Of a stretch of 64,000 bases of DNA, positions 37,501-49,929 are shown one piece after another (positions within the stretch are counted from its first letter, which is position 1; each line of letters starts with the position of its first letter). Below the pieces are notes generated by a model. The model made no database searches. It was not told the DNA's origin and saw only the letters and a list, made by a program, of their open reading frames with translations. Source of the stretch: Lama guanicoe (Eukaryota); assembly GCA_013239625.1 (NCBI GenBank), contig MU054187.1, positions 9,507,231 through 9,571,230 on the forward strand. Direction: 5' to 3'. The translations under genes were made by a program, and so were the position numbers.

Positions 37501-40500
37501 CATCCACTAAAATAGCAAGTTAGTTAGGTATCACTCCGAATGCCTCAGTGCACATGTCATACTGGGAAATCACACATAACAGAACCTTAATTAGACAAAA
37601 CCAATTTCTTAGTTTCACAAAAGATGCAAGGTGAATTGACTCTTTCGAATACAAGTCATGTCTAAATAGGAAGCCAGGATTTCCTCAAGCTGTACTCATA
37701 AAGCGGCCCCAATGTGTATGCTGCCTTTTTTTTTTCTCCCTTTGATCATGTTTTCATGATTAGGAGAAGACCAGTTAATTTTCATTAACTGGCACTAGTT
37801 CAACATTGAAGTCAATTTGGGATACATATATATATAGAGAGAGAGAGAGAGACAGAGGTATGGGGGAAGGGGGATATTCAAAGGAATCTTAGAAATAAGC
37901 TTGCCTGTTTTGCAGTTGAAGAACTGGCTTTTATTTAGGTGTTCGGTTTTCTTGTTTTGTTTTGTGTTTGGCAGCAGTGGACATTTTATAGGAATGCTAT
38001 GGCAACTTCAGGATTTCACCGATGCAGCAGATTAATCGTCACTTATTAGTAGCGACAGGATTTAAGGTAGTGAGAGGGATATACTGGTTCCTGCAGAGAA
38101 CATTGCCAGAAGGGTTACTGCATGTAGTCGACATTTGATAAAGCTTCTTTTATGTTCAGCAAGGAGGGATCGGCTTCCTCTGGAACGAACAACCGGGCCA
38201 GTATTCTCCACCAAACAGCACAGCCCAAACTGGTGGCGGCGAATAGCAGCCCTGTGTACAGGGGCTTCCAACTGCCGTGGCCAGGCTGCAGAGGGAGCAG
38301 GCAAGAATAAATTAATCTTCCAAGCTGGACTTCTGAAACCTCTGGAAAGAAACATTTACATTTCAAATCAAAACATTTCATTACCGAGGAGAGCTGTCTA
38401 CCAAAATGAGCACTTCCACCCCCTGGCAGACAGGCCAGCTGAAATGTTGTTTTATGAATGTGCTCAAAGTAGTAGTCTGAATTTATTTCAGTGCCCATGT
38501 TAATCAGCTGTCCTTCAGTCTCATGTGTCTATAAATAGCACATTTTGGAACACATCTCAGTTCTGAGTTGGTAGCTTTCATATGGCATAGCTGGTATGTG
38601 CCAGGATATAACAGAAACTTTACGTCCCTGCCCCCGTTTAACCCATCGTTGGGGGTTAGAAACGTGAAAGAGAATCTCTCAGCTTGGCCTGAGCTGAGAG
38701 TTCTGAACTACTTCCCCAAAGACAAGCAGGGTTGTTTTAAGGGCCTCTGAGCTCATCAGATAAGACTCTCTCCCACTGTAAACAGAATAAAGTGGCAATC
38801 TTGGACCATGGCAAAACCGAACTTCAGTTCCGGTCTCTGCCACAGACGTATACAGACATAAGTCACCACGAACATGTCTCTGCCTTGCGGTGGATTTTCA
38901 GAATTCTTTAGGGTCTCTAAAAGATGTGCTGGGACATGAAATTTTACCTTGGCTTCAACCATACTCTTTAGCATTGCCCCTCGTCCTTCTCCCATCTGTC
39001 CATTCATTCTTTTTTTTTTTAATTATGGTAAAACATACCTGACATAAAATTCACTATTTTAATCATTTTTAAATGTCCAATTCAGTGCCATTAAGTACAT
39101 TTACAATGTTGTGCAACCATCACTACTATCCATGTCCAGAATTTTTTTCTAATTTATCTATTTTTATTGAAGGATAGTTGATTTATAATGTTGTGTTAGT
39201 TTCTGGTGTACAGCAAAATGATTCAGTTATTTATAATATATATGTGTATATATATATTCTTTTTCAGATTCTTTTTCATGATAGGTTATTACAAGATATT
39301 GGATATAGTTCCTGTGCTGTACAGTAGGTCCTTGTCATTTATCTATTTTCTATATAATAGTGTGTATGTTAATCCCAAGCTCCTAATTTATCCCTTCTCA
39401 GAACTTTTTAATCATCCCAAACGGAAGCTCTGCTCTGCTGCTAAATGGAAAACATTAAGTCCCTCTTCTCCCCTCTCCCAGCCTCTGGTAACCACTATTC
39501 TACTTTCTGTCTCTATGAATTTGCCGATCCTAGGTACTTCACGTAAGTGGAATCATGCAATATTTGTCCCTTCATGTCTCCATCATGTCTTCACTTAGCA
39601 TAGTGTCTTCAGTGTGTCAGAATTTCATTTCTTAATACGGCTGAGTAACATTTCATCGTGCGGGTATGCCACATTTTGTTTATCCATTCATCTGCAGATG
39701 GACACTTGGCTGTTTTCACCCTTTGGCTATTGTGAATAGTGCTGTTATGAACACTGGTGTCCAAGTATCTCTTTTTGGCCCCTGCTTTCAATTCATTTGG
39801 GTATATTCCTGGGACCAGAATTGCTGGATCACAGGATAAGTCTATCTTTAACTTTTTCACGAAGTGCGAAACTATTTTCCACAGTAGCTGCACCGTTTTA
39901 TACATTCCCATCAATGATGCACAAGGCTCCCAGTTTCTCCACATCTTCACCAACATTTGTTATTTTCCACTTTTTTGGCAGCCGATGTAATAGGTGTGAA
40001 GTGGTAACTCGTGGTTTTAACTTGCATTTTCCTAATGACTGAGGATATTGAGCATCTTTTCATGTGCTTATTGGCTATTTACATATCTTCTTTGAAGAAA
40101 TATCTGTTCAAGTCCTTTACCTACTTTTGAGTTGAATTGGTTGGGTTGTTTGTTATTTAGTTGTAGCAATTATTTATAGATTCTTGATAGTGTCCTTTGA
40201 TGCATAAAAGTTTTTACTTGTGATGATGTCCAATTTATCTGGGTTTTTTTCTTTTGTTGCCTGTGTTTTAGTGTCATATCCAAGAAATCATTGCCAAATC
40301 CGCAGTCATGAATATTTTCCCATTTTCTTCTAAGAGTTTTCAGGCTTTAGCTCTTACATGTAGTTCTTTACATTTAGGTGCATTTAAAGTTAATTTTTGT
40401 ATACATCCTTCCTTCTTTTCATTCTTCCTTTTACCCCACAAATACTTATTGAAGTCTTACACTATACCATGAATTGTCTGGGATACAGTGAAGAAGATAA

Positions 40501-42255
40501 AGCCCCTCCCCACCCTTGTGGAGTTTACATTCTGCTGAGGAAGACAGGTAATGGACAGCTAATCCAATGTATAAATCAGTACAAATGAAATTATTTCAGA
40601 TAGTGATTAGTGATTAGTGGTATGGAGGAAACCTGGGTGATGAGACAGTGATTCCACGTGGGACAGTGTGGTGGGCACTCCAGTGAGGGTGGTCACAGGC
40701 GGCCTCTGATCGGTGGTGGAGCAACCAGGGGAAGAGCTGGGAGCAGCACTGCAGGCATGGGGGCAGGCCCGGGTGAAGATGAGCATCTTCTCGGGACTGG
40801 GGACGGTGGGTGTAACTGACATGAACGAAGGGAGAAGAGTCAGCGCTGGGTGAGAAGCAGGACCAGGTCCAGCTAGGGTGAGAGGACGTGGTTTTGTTCT
40901 AACTGCAGTGGGCAGGTTTCAGAGAGCGTTAAGCCGAAGATGGTACGACCACGTTTGTGAAGGGGAAGACTCGCTCTGGCGGCCGTGGGGAGAATGACCT
41001 CTAGGGGGCGAGAGTGCAGCAAAAGTGGAAACAAAACTCGAAGCGGCCTTTCAAGTCGGGCAGGGGTGGATGGTGACGAAGACGGGTGGTGTAGGAACGG
41101 GAGGTGAGAAGTGGTCAGATTTGGGATTTATTTTGCAGGTGGATTGAATTTGTAGGAAAGGGAAGGAGGAACCAAGGATGACTCCTAGGTTTTTGCCTGA
41201 GTGAATGGGTGTCATTTCTGAGAGAAGGAAAAATGGGAGTCCTAGTCCTACTTTGTACGTGTGAATTTTGAGATGCCAGCATCTCCCTCCCATCATTTTT
41301 ATTAATCCAGCCAATAACTGGTGAGCACCTGCATCTTGCGTGTCAAGCACTCTTGGGCGCTGGGCGCGGCTCTGCCCCGAGCTTCCCTCTTCTACCACAA
41401 TGCTTGCACACAGGGGCTTGTCATAAAAAAAAAGAACAAAGAAACCTACAAAAATGGGACCAAAACACTGGCGCATTTTTTAATTTCATTTAGGCACAGA
41501 AATTTGGGACTACATTTTCGTATCTTTTAATCCCCTGTCCCAGAGGGATTAAGGAGCCACTGACGGGAGTGTAGACAGCAGTAGGATGTGCTGGTGTCTT
41601 TGCCAACTCCACTCAGTAATCATCAGAGAAATTCAGGAAATCACTGAATTCTTTTGGGAAGATAGAGATAAAACCTTAGGTAATATTAAAAAAAAAAAAA
41701 GAGTCACTTGTGGCCCATAGCCTGAAAGCTAATGTTCTAGTGAAAGTCTTTTTGAATATACCTCAAATCCAAGTTACAAAATACACAGTCTTTGAAGTCA
41801 AGGGTGACCAGATGTTTTCCTTGGCAGCACACGCTGCTCTCTGTGCACGGAGAACCTGGCAGAGGTGGCTGACCGACACTGCTGGAGGTGTCTTTCCCGA
41901 GCTTGGCTGGGTTCTGTACATTTGAGCAGAAGGCTGTTCTCAGGACCTAAGGCAAGAGTAATGCCTTTTGAAAACTTGCGGGAAAGAGGCATCACTTGAT
42001 AAACTTCTGAGCTGAGGATCAGCTTGGTACGAAGCAAACAAGAAATAGGATTTTTGAAAATATGACTATTATCTAGTCACTGTTTCTCATGACCAAGTTC
42101 ATTTACACACCTAGTTGCTTTTACGAACTGTCTCTTGACAGCCCTGAGTAACTCTCTGTTCACTGTTTCAGGAAAGGGTCACCAAGCTTGCACCACGCCC
42201 TCAGTCAGAAGAAGATCTGTCTGTTCTGTTTGAAGCGTCAATGAAACTGTACTAA
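17105..42255 (+). CDS. ADHFE1: Hydroxyacid-oxoacid transhydrogenase ADHFE1 (iron-containing ADH family). Spliced CDS from the first in-frame ATG: join(17105-17158,17336-17490,17637-17833,19360-19437,20652-20757,22694-22846,24593-24691,27333-27411,27581-27677,30240-30397,42172-42255) = 1260 nt, 419 aa
   Basis: All exon phases are compatible and there are no internal stops. Family motifs present: [46 protein letters not shown] and VPHGLSV, with C-terminus LFEASMKLY*. Confidence 0.95.
17336..17490 (+). CDS. ADHFE1: ADHFE1 exon 5
   Basis: [18 protein letters not shown]...[12 protein letters not shown] boundaries. Confidence 0.95.
17637..17833 (+). CDS. ADHFE1: ADHFE1 exon 6
   Basis: [34 protein letters not shown]...LKPLIA; AG/GT boundaries. 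Confidence 0.96.
18880..19235. repeat. Degenerate CATACATGTTAA-type tandem repeat
   Basis: About a dozen variants of (A/G)CATGTTA(A/G) separated by CA/TA-rich spacers. Confidence 0.65.
19360..19437 (+). CDS. ADHFE1: ADHFE1 exon 7
   Basis: [30 protein letters not shown] boundaries. Confidence 0.95.
20652..20757 (+). CDS. ADHFE1: ADHFE1 exon 8
   Basis: [38 protein letters not shown] boundaries. Confidence 0.95.
22694..22846 (+). CDS. ADHFE1: ADHFE1 exon 9
   Basis: [54 protein letters not shown] boundaries. Confidence 0.95.
24593..24691 (+). CDS. ADHFE1: ADHFE1 exon 10
   Basis: [36 protein letters not shown] boundaries. Confidence 0.95.
24860..25545 (-). mobile_element. L1 3' fragment (older L1M type)
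   Basis: Minus-strand translation ...[21 protein letters not shown] resembles the L1 ORF2 C-terminus, followed by 3' UTR-like sequence. Confidence 0.8.
27333..27411 (+). CDS. ADHFE1: ADHFE1 exon 11
   Basis: [30 protein letters not shown] boundaries. Confidence 0.95.
27581..27677 (+). CDS. ADHFE1: ADHFE1 exon 12
   Basis: [36 protein letters not shown] boundaries. Confidence 0.95.
30240..30397 (+). CDS. ADHFE1: ADHFE1 exon 13
   Basis: [56 protein letters not shown] boundaries. Confidence 0.95.
30840..30934 (-). mobile_element. tRNA-derived SINE (camelid-type) with 11-bp TSD
   Basis: Reverse-complement A and B boxes. GCCTTTAAATT at 30829-30839 and 30935-30945. Confidence 0.85.
31350..31972 (+). 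mobile_element. L1 3' end with embedded (AC)18 microsatellite at 31484-31519
   Basis: ORF2 C-terminal-like [19 protein letters not shown], the ATAATGCCATTTGCAGCAACATGGATGG motif and an A-rich tail. Confidence 0.9.
35095..35189 (-). mobile_element. tRNA-derived SINE, duplicated copy
   Basis: Same sequence and TSD as 30840-30934. Confidence 0.85.
35604..35809. other. Assembly gap (206 N)
   Basis: N run. It corresponds to 31338-31534 of copy 1, which contains the (AC)n repeat. Confidence 0.99.
35810..36242 (+). mobile_element. L1 3' end, duplicated copy
   Basis: Matches 31535-31972. Confidence 0.88.
39010..40400 (-). mobile_element. Older L1M fragment with a younger L1 3' end nested at ~39147-39398
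   Basis: Minus-strand ORF2-like [24 protein letters not shown]...[13 protein letters not shown]. The nested piece is flanked by CAGAATTTTTT / CAGAACTTTTT. Confidence 0.8.
40410..41280. mobile_element. LINE-2 fragment
   Basis: L2-like motifs such as GGAGGTGAGAAGTGGTCAGATTTGGGA and AAGGATGACTCCTAGGTTTTTG. Confidence 0.65.
42172..42255 (+). CDS. ADHFE1: ADHFE1 exon 14 (coding part, to stop)
   Basis: CAG acceptor; [30 protein letters not shown]. Confidence 0.95.
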   Translation, partial: ERVTKLAPRPQSEEDLSVLFEASMKLY

Positions 42256-44273
42256 TTTTCATTTTCATGGAAGGAATTACCATTGGCCATCGTAGTTCTG
42301 AAAACAGAAGCTGATCTAGCAAGAAATGTGTCTTTTCATGTCCACATATAACTTAACCTGTTACCAGTTTGAATGTGATGTGAATTTATCCTGCAGAAGA
42401 TTCCTTGATGCTCCAAGTCCAGCTACTTCCATAAAATAGGCTGGACAAATGCCCAGTATCTGGGACCCTCAGCTTGACTTCACAGAACCTGCCCCAAACC
42501 TGTGGACTGCCCCTGCTCCATGTATCAAAAGAGCAAAAACTCAGTATCCATCAAAAATGTTAATGCATATATCCTATGTCCAATAATCAATCCTTTGTCT
42601 AGAAATTTATCCTGCATGAATACTAGCACAAGTGTGTAAAGAAATATGGCAAGGACATTTCTGGCAGCACAGTTTCTAATAATGTAAAATTTGAAAGAAT
42701 TTAAGTATTCATTAATAGTATATAGATAAGTAAATCATGGTGTATTAAATAATGGAATTCTATTGAGCTACTAATAAGAATGAAGTAAACCTATTAGAAA
42801 TACGTCCATGATAAACTGCTAAGTAGGGAAAAAGTAAGTTGTAGGACAGTTATATATTAGTACTCTCATTTTTACTTTTCAAATTATATATAAAGATATG
42901 TCAATATCTACATAGAAAGGTTACACATCAAAATATTAACAATTTGGAGGCTAGATAATGAAAAGAAAATGTTCACTTTATATTATATACTTTCACTTTT
43001 TATTTTACAAACATCTGCATTGTTTAGATTTGTTACAATAAGCACATATTTTCTAATTTTTAAAAGGGGAAGAGAAAAGAAAGATATCACTTTGCTGTTT
43101 TAGGGCAGATTCATCTTATTTTATAAAAATACTAGTAACTAATATTAAAAAGGCAAAAACAAATCCAAAGGGCTAGAATATTACAGGTGGACCCTCTGGT
43201 GAATAAATTGTTCTTCTGAGAAAAACACAAATATCCTACATGGTAATTCCCTCTTTGGAAAATGGTTCTGGTGCTCAGAATAAATGAATTCAAAACCAGG
43301 CCACGTTGTGGTTTACAGACTTCAGGACGCAAGTCAAGCCTGAGTAGCCTGATCGTCTGCCTCCAGTCATGTCCCGCCTACAGAAACTGTCCACGGCTGA
43401 GTTTTCCTCACAATGGTGACCACACTGGGGTTTGCCTGCTCAAGCTTTGGCAGTCTGGATCTCAGTGTACTTGCAGATTTATTCGTATTTTAAATTGGAT
43501 TAAAGTGTCAATCAAATAAGTATGTAATTACAACAGGGTGGTTGTTTTGTTTTTTTTTAATAGATGAGTAGGGCATTACCATGCCATTCAGCCCTCCCAG
43601 GCCCACTTTATCTCTATAAACATCTTCATTCCCTTGGGATTTAAAAAATAACATTTAAATATTGTTTATTTGGAGTTTCCTATTACAAACATAAAATATG
43701 TTCAGTACCAAAAACTAGTAATACAAAGAGAAACACAAGAAAATATTTGTTCATATTATACCATCCAAAGATAGCCACTGTTAAAAAAAACCCAAATTTT
43801 AAAATATATGTTCTCCCAGTAACTTTGTATGCATATATATAGATAATTATATGTGTACTTTTTTTTTTTTACTTAGAAACGGTATCATGAAGGTATAGTT
43901 TTAGTTCCTACAGAACGTTCAAATTTTTTATGCCAACTGCCCGAAAAGGCAAGCACGAGACAGTTCCAAAAGAATTTCAGCCATACCTCGCAGGCTATAT
44001 CTAGCTAAAATTCCCTCCAGCTTTTTAGGAGAATCTGAGAAAGAAGCTTTGTGAAAAAGGCAGAGAACAGCTAAACCCTCTGCCCATCTGAGATCCTTCA
44101 GGAAACTTAAGTAAAAGTTGTTAGTGAAGGTTTCAAAAATACATTTGGCACAGCAAAAACATATGTCCCCCACCCCCTCCCCAAAGAAAGTTCAGGTAAA
44201 TTCTAGACATCTTATAATACATTCTGCACGATGATGTGGCACCCTTAGGACAACAGAAGAGCAGACGTCCAGG

Positions 44274-44420
44274 AGGTGGGGAGGGTATAGCTCAAGTGTA
44301 GAGTGCGTGCTTACCATGTATGTTGTCCTGTCCCCAGTACTCCTCTGAAAATAGAGAAAGAAGTAAACCTAATTACCTCCTCTGACAAAAAAAAAAAAAA
44401 AAAACTAAAAAAAAAAGACT
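44274..44420 (+). mobile_element. tRNA-derived SINE (camelid-type, longer form) with poly(A) tail
   Basis: GGGGAGGGTATAGCTCAAGTG start, B box deleted, poly(A) tail. Imperfect TSD AGACGTCCAGG (44263-44273) / AGAAGTCCAGG (44421-44431). Confidence 0.8.
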
Positions 44421-47400
44421 AGAAGTCCAGGGCCCTGGGCTCCACTCCAGTCCCTTGGTCTGTCTAAGTCTTATTTTATTCAATCAAGGCCTCTTCTAGC
44501 TTGAAAATACTATGACTAGATTTTATGTGCTACCTTGTCCTTAATGGGAGGTTTTGAGTTTAGGAAATTCAATGTAAAATAATTTGAGATATGAAAATGC
44601 ATTCTCTGTCTCTCTTAAATGTTCGATGCCATTTCTACCAGTAACCAGCTGTCTCAGTGTGACTCACCAGGAGTGTTTGGTATTCATACTGATGATGACT
44701 CTGTAAAGGAAGGATTTAAAGGTCAGGCATGAAGAAACAGATTTAGGAAGCCTCCGTGTTCCTTATCCTAATATTCTTCATTTTGGTCCCTACAATTTAA
44801 GAATATGGAAAAGATGTATTCCTTGATTCACCAGCTATTAAAAGAGTGTGACATAGGAGATTATGCCCATTTCTGTAAACCAAACACTCATGATTCACTG
44901 AGTGCATTTTTCCTAAGTCAAATTCTATTTATCTATTCATTTCCTTAAAAGATCAAAAAGTTCTTAGGGGGCTCATAGCTGCATTTATATGGATTAATTT
45001 ACTTGCTAAGGAAACAAAAATTAAAAGAATAGTATTCAAAAGTTTGTATAATATCACTTTCATAAAATGATCATATGTGGTGACATTTTCACTTCATATA
45101 CATCATCCCTACTTTATTTCTTGATACAAAATTGGTTTCAAGCTGGCCACATTTCTCGGGTTTTTGTCAGTCGCCACAATAAGTAGCTGCTGCGTTGCAC
45201 TCCTGTGTCCCCGGCGCACAGGGAGCGCTGTACTGGGCTTGGCATTGTTTGCATAGCTGTGGACACAGCCGTGGGGTGTTTTCTAGTGGTCAGTGAGGCA
45301 AGTCTGCTCTCATAAAATAGAGACAAGTACAGTATCCAAATAGGGAGTGCAAAAAATTGCTTTCCTGGCCTTTTAACCCTGAGAAAGATTAATGGTTGTT
45401 TGGATTAGAAACTGTACCCTAATGAGGGACTGTTGCCTCCGAGGAGTGGGAACGAGAAAGGGGACTGTTCACCTCCAGGTCAACACAGCACAGGCGGCCA
45501 TGTCTCTGATGACCAGCAACCCCAAGCCAAAACAGCTGCCCAGGCTCCTCCGTTCAATGCCTGGTCCTCCGGGAGCTGGTGAGGAGGCCAGGCCACACGC
45601 CACCATCACCGTCACAATGGCCTATGGAAGGCAGTCTCCAGGGGCAAGCCACGCTTTGAATGAGCAGCAATTGGTTCCTGAAGCCCTAGGTGGAATTACT
45701 GACAGCTGGGGGTGGGAGGGTCTAGTTTCTCACACTATTATTCCACTGTCGTCCCAGTCACCCAACAACTCTCAGAATAAATGGGTACCCCACCCCATCC
45801 CACCCCACCCCACAAACTGCAGTAACTGTTTGTAATGTTGTCCCATGTGAAATCCCTCATGAAACTGTGTGCAGGACAGCTAACTTTAAAGTAACTCCAT
45901 TTCATTCTTTCCAGCTTTAAATACTGGCTTTTTTATTTGAGATCTTTTAATTGGTTTTCTAACTTATAAAATTGGAAACTGATTAAAATAATCATGAGAG
46001 AAAAGGGAAAAAAGTTATCATCATGCCATTACCCAAACACAGCTGTTATCATTTGCTGTATTTCCTTTTCATCTTTTTCCTTTGGGTGGTGAAATCTTCA
46101 GCTCTTTTCCCTTGAGGCATGACATTTTAAGTATTTTCTATGTTGCCACATAATCTTCATAACCATTATTTTAAAAGGTTACACAATAGTTTATTGAGTA
46201 GGAATTTAATAACTTATTCTTATTATAGGGCACCAAAACTGCTTCCAAATTTTCACTCCTGCCAACACCATAGCAATGAAGAAATGAATAATGCGTCTGT
46301 CCTTTCTCATATTCTAAATTAACCTCTGAGGTTAATTAATCCCCAAATGGAATTTTTACATTAACGTATGGACCTTTCCTTGGCTCCTGGCTCTTATTGT
46401 CAGATTATATATACCTCACTATTGTTTTCAATATTGATTCCACTTTCCTTCAATCTTAGTTCTCTTCAAAATAAATACTAGCACAGAACAAGAAATGAAA
46501 CAAAGTTCACACGGTTGGATCAGACTAGACTATTTGTATAGACTTGCAAAAATCAACTGTGGTTTTTCTTTTATGTCAGTATATCTTAACAGTTCACATG
46601 AACAGATTAAAGTTCTCAAAATCATGAAACTTACTTTAGTGTTGTATTATAACCCCTTAAGTGAAGCTGTAAATCACCAAGGCTACTTTTTGGTCACTTA
46701 CATTTTTTTTTCCCCTTCTAAGCCTATGGGCCTGTGTTTTTACATTCATGGGCCTCAGTTTTGCGAGCCAAGATAAAAAACCAAGAGACCAACATATAAA
46801 TGTCCCTTTCTATAATGCTGTTCTAGAGTCATCTGGGCCTAGGAGTGAAAAGACTGCGGAACAGGGAGGGAGGTAAGCACCACCAAGGAACCACCTACCA
46901 GCATTCCTTCCAAGGGTCTAAGGTGCTCCTCCTCTGCTTTGCAGGTGTGCGCATTGGTCCTGTGATGTCTTTGGCAACATTACTGGGGACCAGTGTGAGC
47001 TTTGTACCAAACATGGCATGAGAGGAAAGAATGTGTGTAAAGCAACCTACACATAAACGAGGAGATGTCAAAATAATACCAGCAGGCTGAGTGAACACCT
47101 GAGTAAGGACGGGCTACTTTTCTTTCATTTTTTATGTCTCATTTAACTGCTGTATGCTCAGCACATAGCTCAGTACCTTGACGAAGTAGGTTCCCAAAGG
47201 AGGAGGAAGGGGAACATGGATTTGGGAGGAGAAGAACTGGGTTTTGCAGGCAGAGACAGGTTTTTTTGTTTTTTGGGGGCGGGGGGGCTGATTACAAAAA
47301 TGTGATGATTTAACTGTATTTTTTAACCAAACTATTAACACTTTATAAACAAAAATATCAACACTTATGAAACAGTGGCCTATTTGCTCAGGCATCTTCC

Positions 47401-47924
47401 ACAGCTGGCAACAATAATAAACTAAAGATAATAATAGTAGTTTATTTATTGAGTAATTTATTGAGCCCTTAGCCTGTGCCAGGCTCTTTATCAAGGAACT
47501 ACCTACTATGAGAGGCACTGCTATGATCATTTTTGCACAAATGAGGAAATTAAGACTCAGGTTGAAAAAAAAGAAAAAAAACAGCCCAACTTCACATAGC
47601 TGGTAAGTGGCAGGGCCAGCTCTCAATCCCAAGGTTCTGCTGACCCTGCATTCCCAGTCACCGAATTTACTGCCTGTCAAATGCCTTCTGTTGTCAGAGA
47701 CTTCCCTGAGTCACATTTAAATACTACATACACTTGTGTACAACACAGCACCTTGAACACAGTAGGGATGCCATAAGCATTTGTGGAACAGAGGATTATA
47801 TTTCATCAAAAAGGGAAAAAAGAGAAGAGACAAAGAAGCTACTGTAAGCCTTTGACACATCAGAGGGAGGTCAAGCTGGCTGTACTGGTGGCCACACAGA
47901 TGGGTGTTAAGAAGTAACAGAGCT

Positions 47925-48545
47925 CAATATCGCTGATTACCAGAGAAATGCAAATCAAAACTGCAATGAGGTATCACTTCACACCGGTCAGAATGGCCAT
48001 CATTAAAAAGTCCACAAGTGATAAATGCTGGAGAGGGTGTGGAGAAGAGGGAACCTCCTACACTGTCAGTGGGAATGTAGTTTGGTGCAGCCGCTATCGA
48101 AAACAGTATGGAGAGTCCTCAAAAAAATAAAAACAGACTTACTATATGATCCAGCAATCCCACTCCTGGGCATGTATCTGGAGAAAACTCCAGTTCAAAA
48201 AGATACATGCACCCCAGTACTCACAGCAGCACTATTTACAAGAGCCAAGACCTGGAAGCAACTTAAATGTCCGTGAACAGATGACTGGATAAAGAAGTTG
48301 TGGTATATGTACACAATGGAATACTACTCAGCCATAAAAAGAATGAAATAATGCCATTTGCAGCAATATAGATGGACCTAGAAATTATCATACTAAGTGA
48401 AGTAAGTCAGAGAAAGACAAATATCGTATCACTTTTATGAGGAATCTAAAAAAAAGGACACAAATGAACCTATTTATAAAACAAAGACAGACTCATAGAC
48501 AGAAAAAAAAGGGATATCCCTTAAGTTTGTGGAGGGAGGGAAATG
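47925..48545 (+). mobile_element. L1 ORF2 C-terminus and 3' UTR fragment
   Basis: [30 protein letters not shown] and [18 protein letters not shown], with frameshifts. Confidence 0.92.
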
Positions 48546-48786
48546 GAGCAGTGCTCAGATGCTCCCTGAATGCCCGCTTGGCCCATGCACTGAGATGGGA
48601 GCCACAGCATAAATGAGACCCAGCCTCCCCACTCAGCGGGCTCAGACACAGAAAGTTACATGAGAGCAGAAACGCCGTGAGTGAGTGAGCACTCACGGCC
48701 TCTCCCCCATCCTGGCCCATACAAGGAATTTTGTCTTTGCTAACTTGGACCCCTAGCTTAGTCTGGGTGGAAACTGGATACCCAGC

Positions 48787-49157
48787 ATGATGGACAGAAA
48801 TGTGTTTCCCCAAAATCATGTGCTGACACCCCAGCCCCCGGTACCTCACATGTGACTGTATTTGGAGATAGGGCCTGTAAAGAGGTTCACGGTTACCAAT
48901 CTGACCGGTGTCCTTATAAGAGGAGAAAAGTTGGACACAAAAGAAACACCAGAGATGCAGGCAACACAGAGGAAAGGCCACGTGAGGACACAGCGAGAAG
49001 GTACCATCTGTAGGCCAAGGAGAGAGGCCGCAGCAGAAACCAAACCTGCCAAGGCCTTGATCTTGGACTTCCAGCCTCCAAAGCTATGAGGAAATAACTT
49101 CCTGTTGTTTAAGCCCCTCCAGTCTGTGGTGTTTTGTTATGGTAACCCTAACAACAA
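48787..49157 (+). mobile_element. MaLR solo LTR (MLT1-like)
   Basis: TGTGACTGTATTTGGAGATAGGGCC...CTTGATCTTGGACTTCCAGCCTCCA...TGTTGTTTAAGCC motifs. Confidence 0.85.
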
Positions 49158-49929
49158 GGGTTTGCTAGCAGAGCCCCAAGCCATAGAGAGTCTTGGGGGA
49201 GGTTAGGAGAGAGAGAGACTAAGGGCAGCTGACACTCAGGGCATTGAAAGATAAACGGGGAAGAGAATTTGGTTTGGTTTTTCAAGCTTGGCTCTGTGTT
49301 ATGAACAGAACTCCCTTCAGAGCTTCTTAGGAGATGATGATAAGGACACAAATTGTTTTAAAATTATTTCTGCATGTCAGACTTCCCCTGTGATGGTGTT
49401 GCTACGTTGCAACACCAAACCAAGACCAGGTCCAAGTTAAAGGGTGTTAAGTTATCATTTTAAAACAACGCAGTAAGTATAGTGATAAAAACCAAGTCAG
49501 GGAAGGTTTCATGAAGGAGATGACTCCTGGGTTGAACTCTGAAGGAAAGCAGAGTTAGATGGGAGGAAGGAAGCTGGGAAGATATCCCAGGGGGAATGAA
49601 CAGCATAAATACACAGAGTAAAAACCTGGTGTGTGCAGAGTTTTCAACAGTTTGGTATTGCTGGAGCATCACAAGCAAGTCAAGAGGTGGTAATTTGGGA
49701 CTGGAGAAATCAACACGGGGTGAGCCAGGTGTCAGGTGGAACTTGGAATATAGCCAGTAAGGTGCTAAAAAAACCCAGGAGGGACGGGCTGGGGTGCCAG
49801 AGACAGATCTGTGTTGGAGATTAGTCACTCAGATAAGAAGTTAGATTAAGTAGTGATTGATAACAATTACAGAATAATGAAAAAGATCTTAATACAGAAG
49901 ATAGTATTTCTTTCTTATTTCTCTGAATC

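Larger units (their letters stand above)
35019..39266 (+). repeat. ~4.25-kb tandem duplication, copy 2
   Basis: Near-identical to 30764-35017, with scattered substitutions and small indels. Confidence 0.95.
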
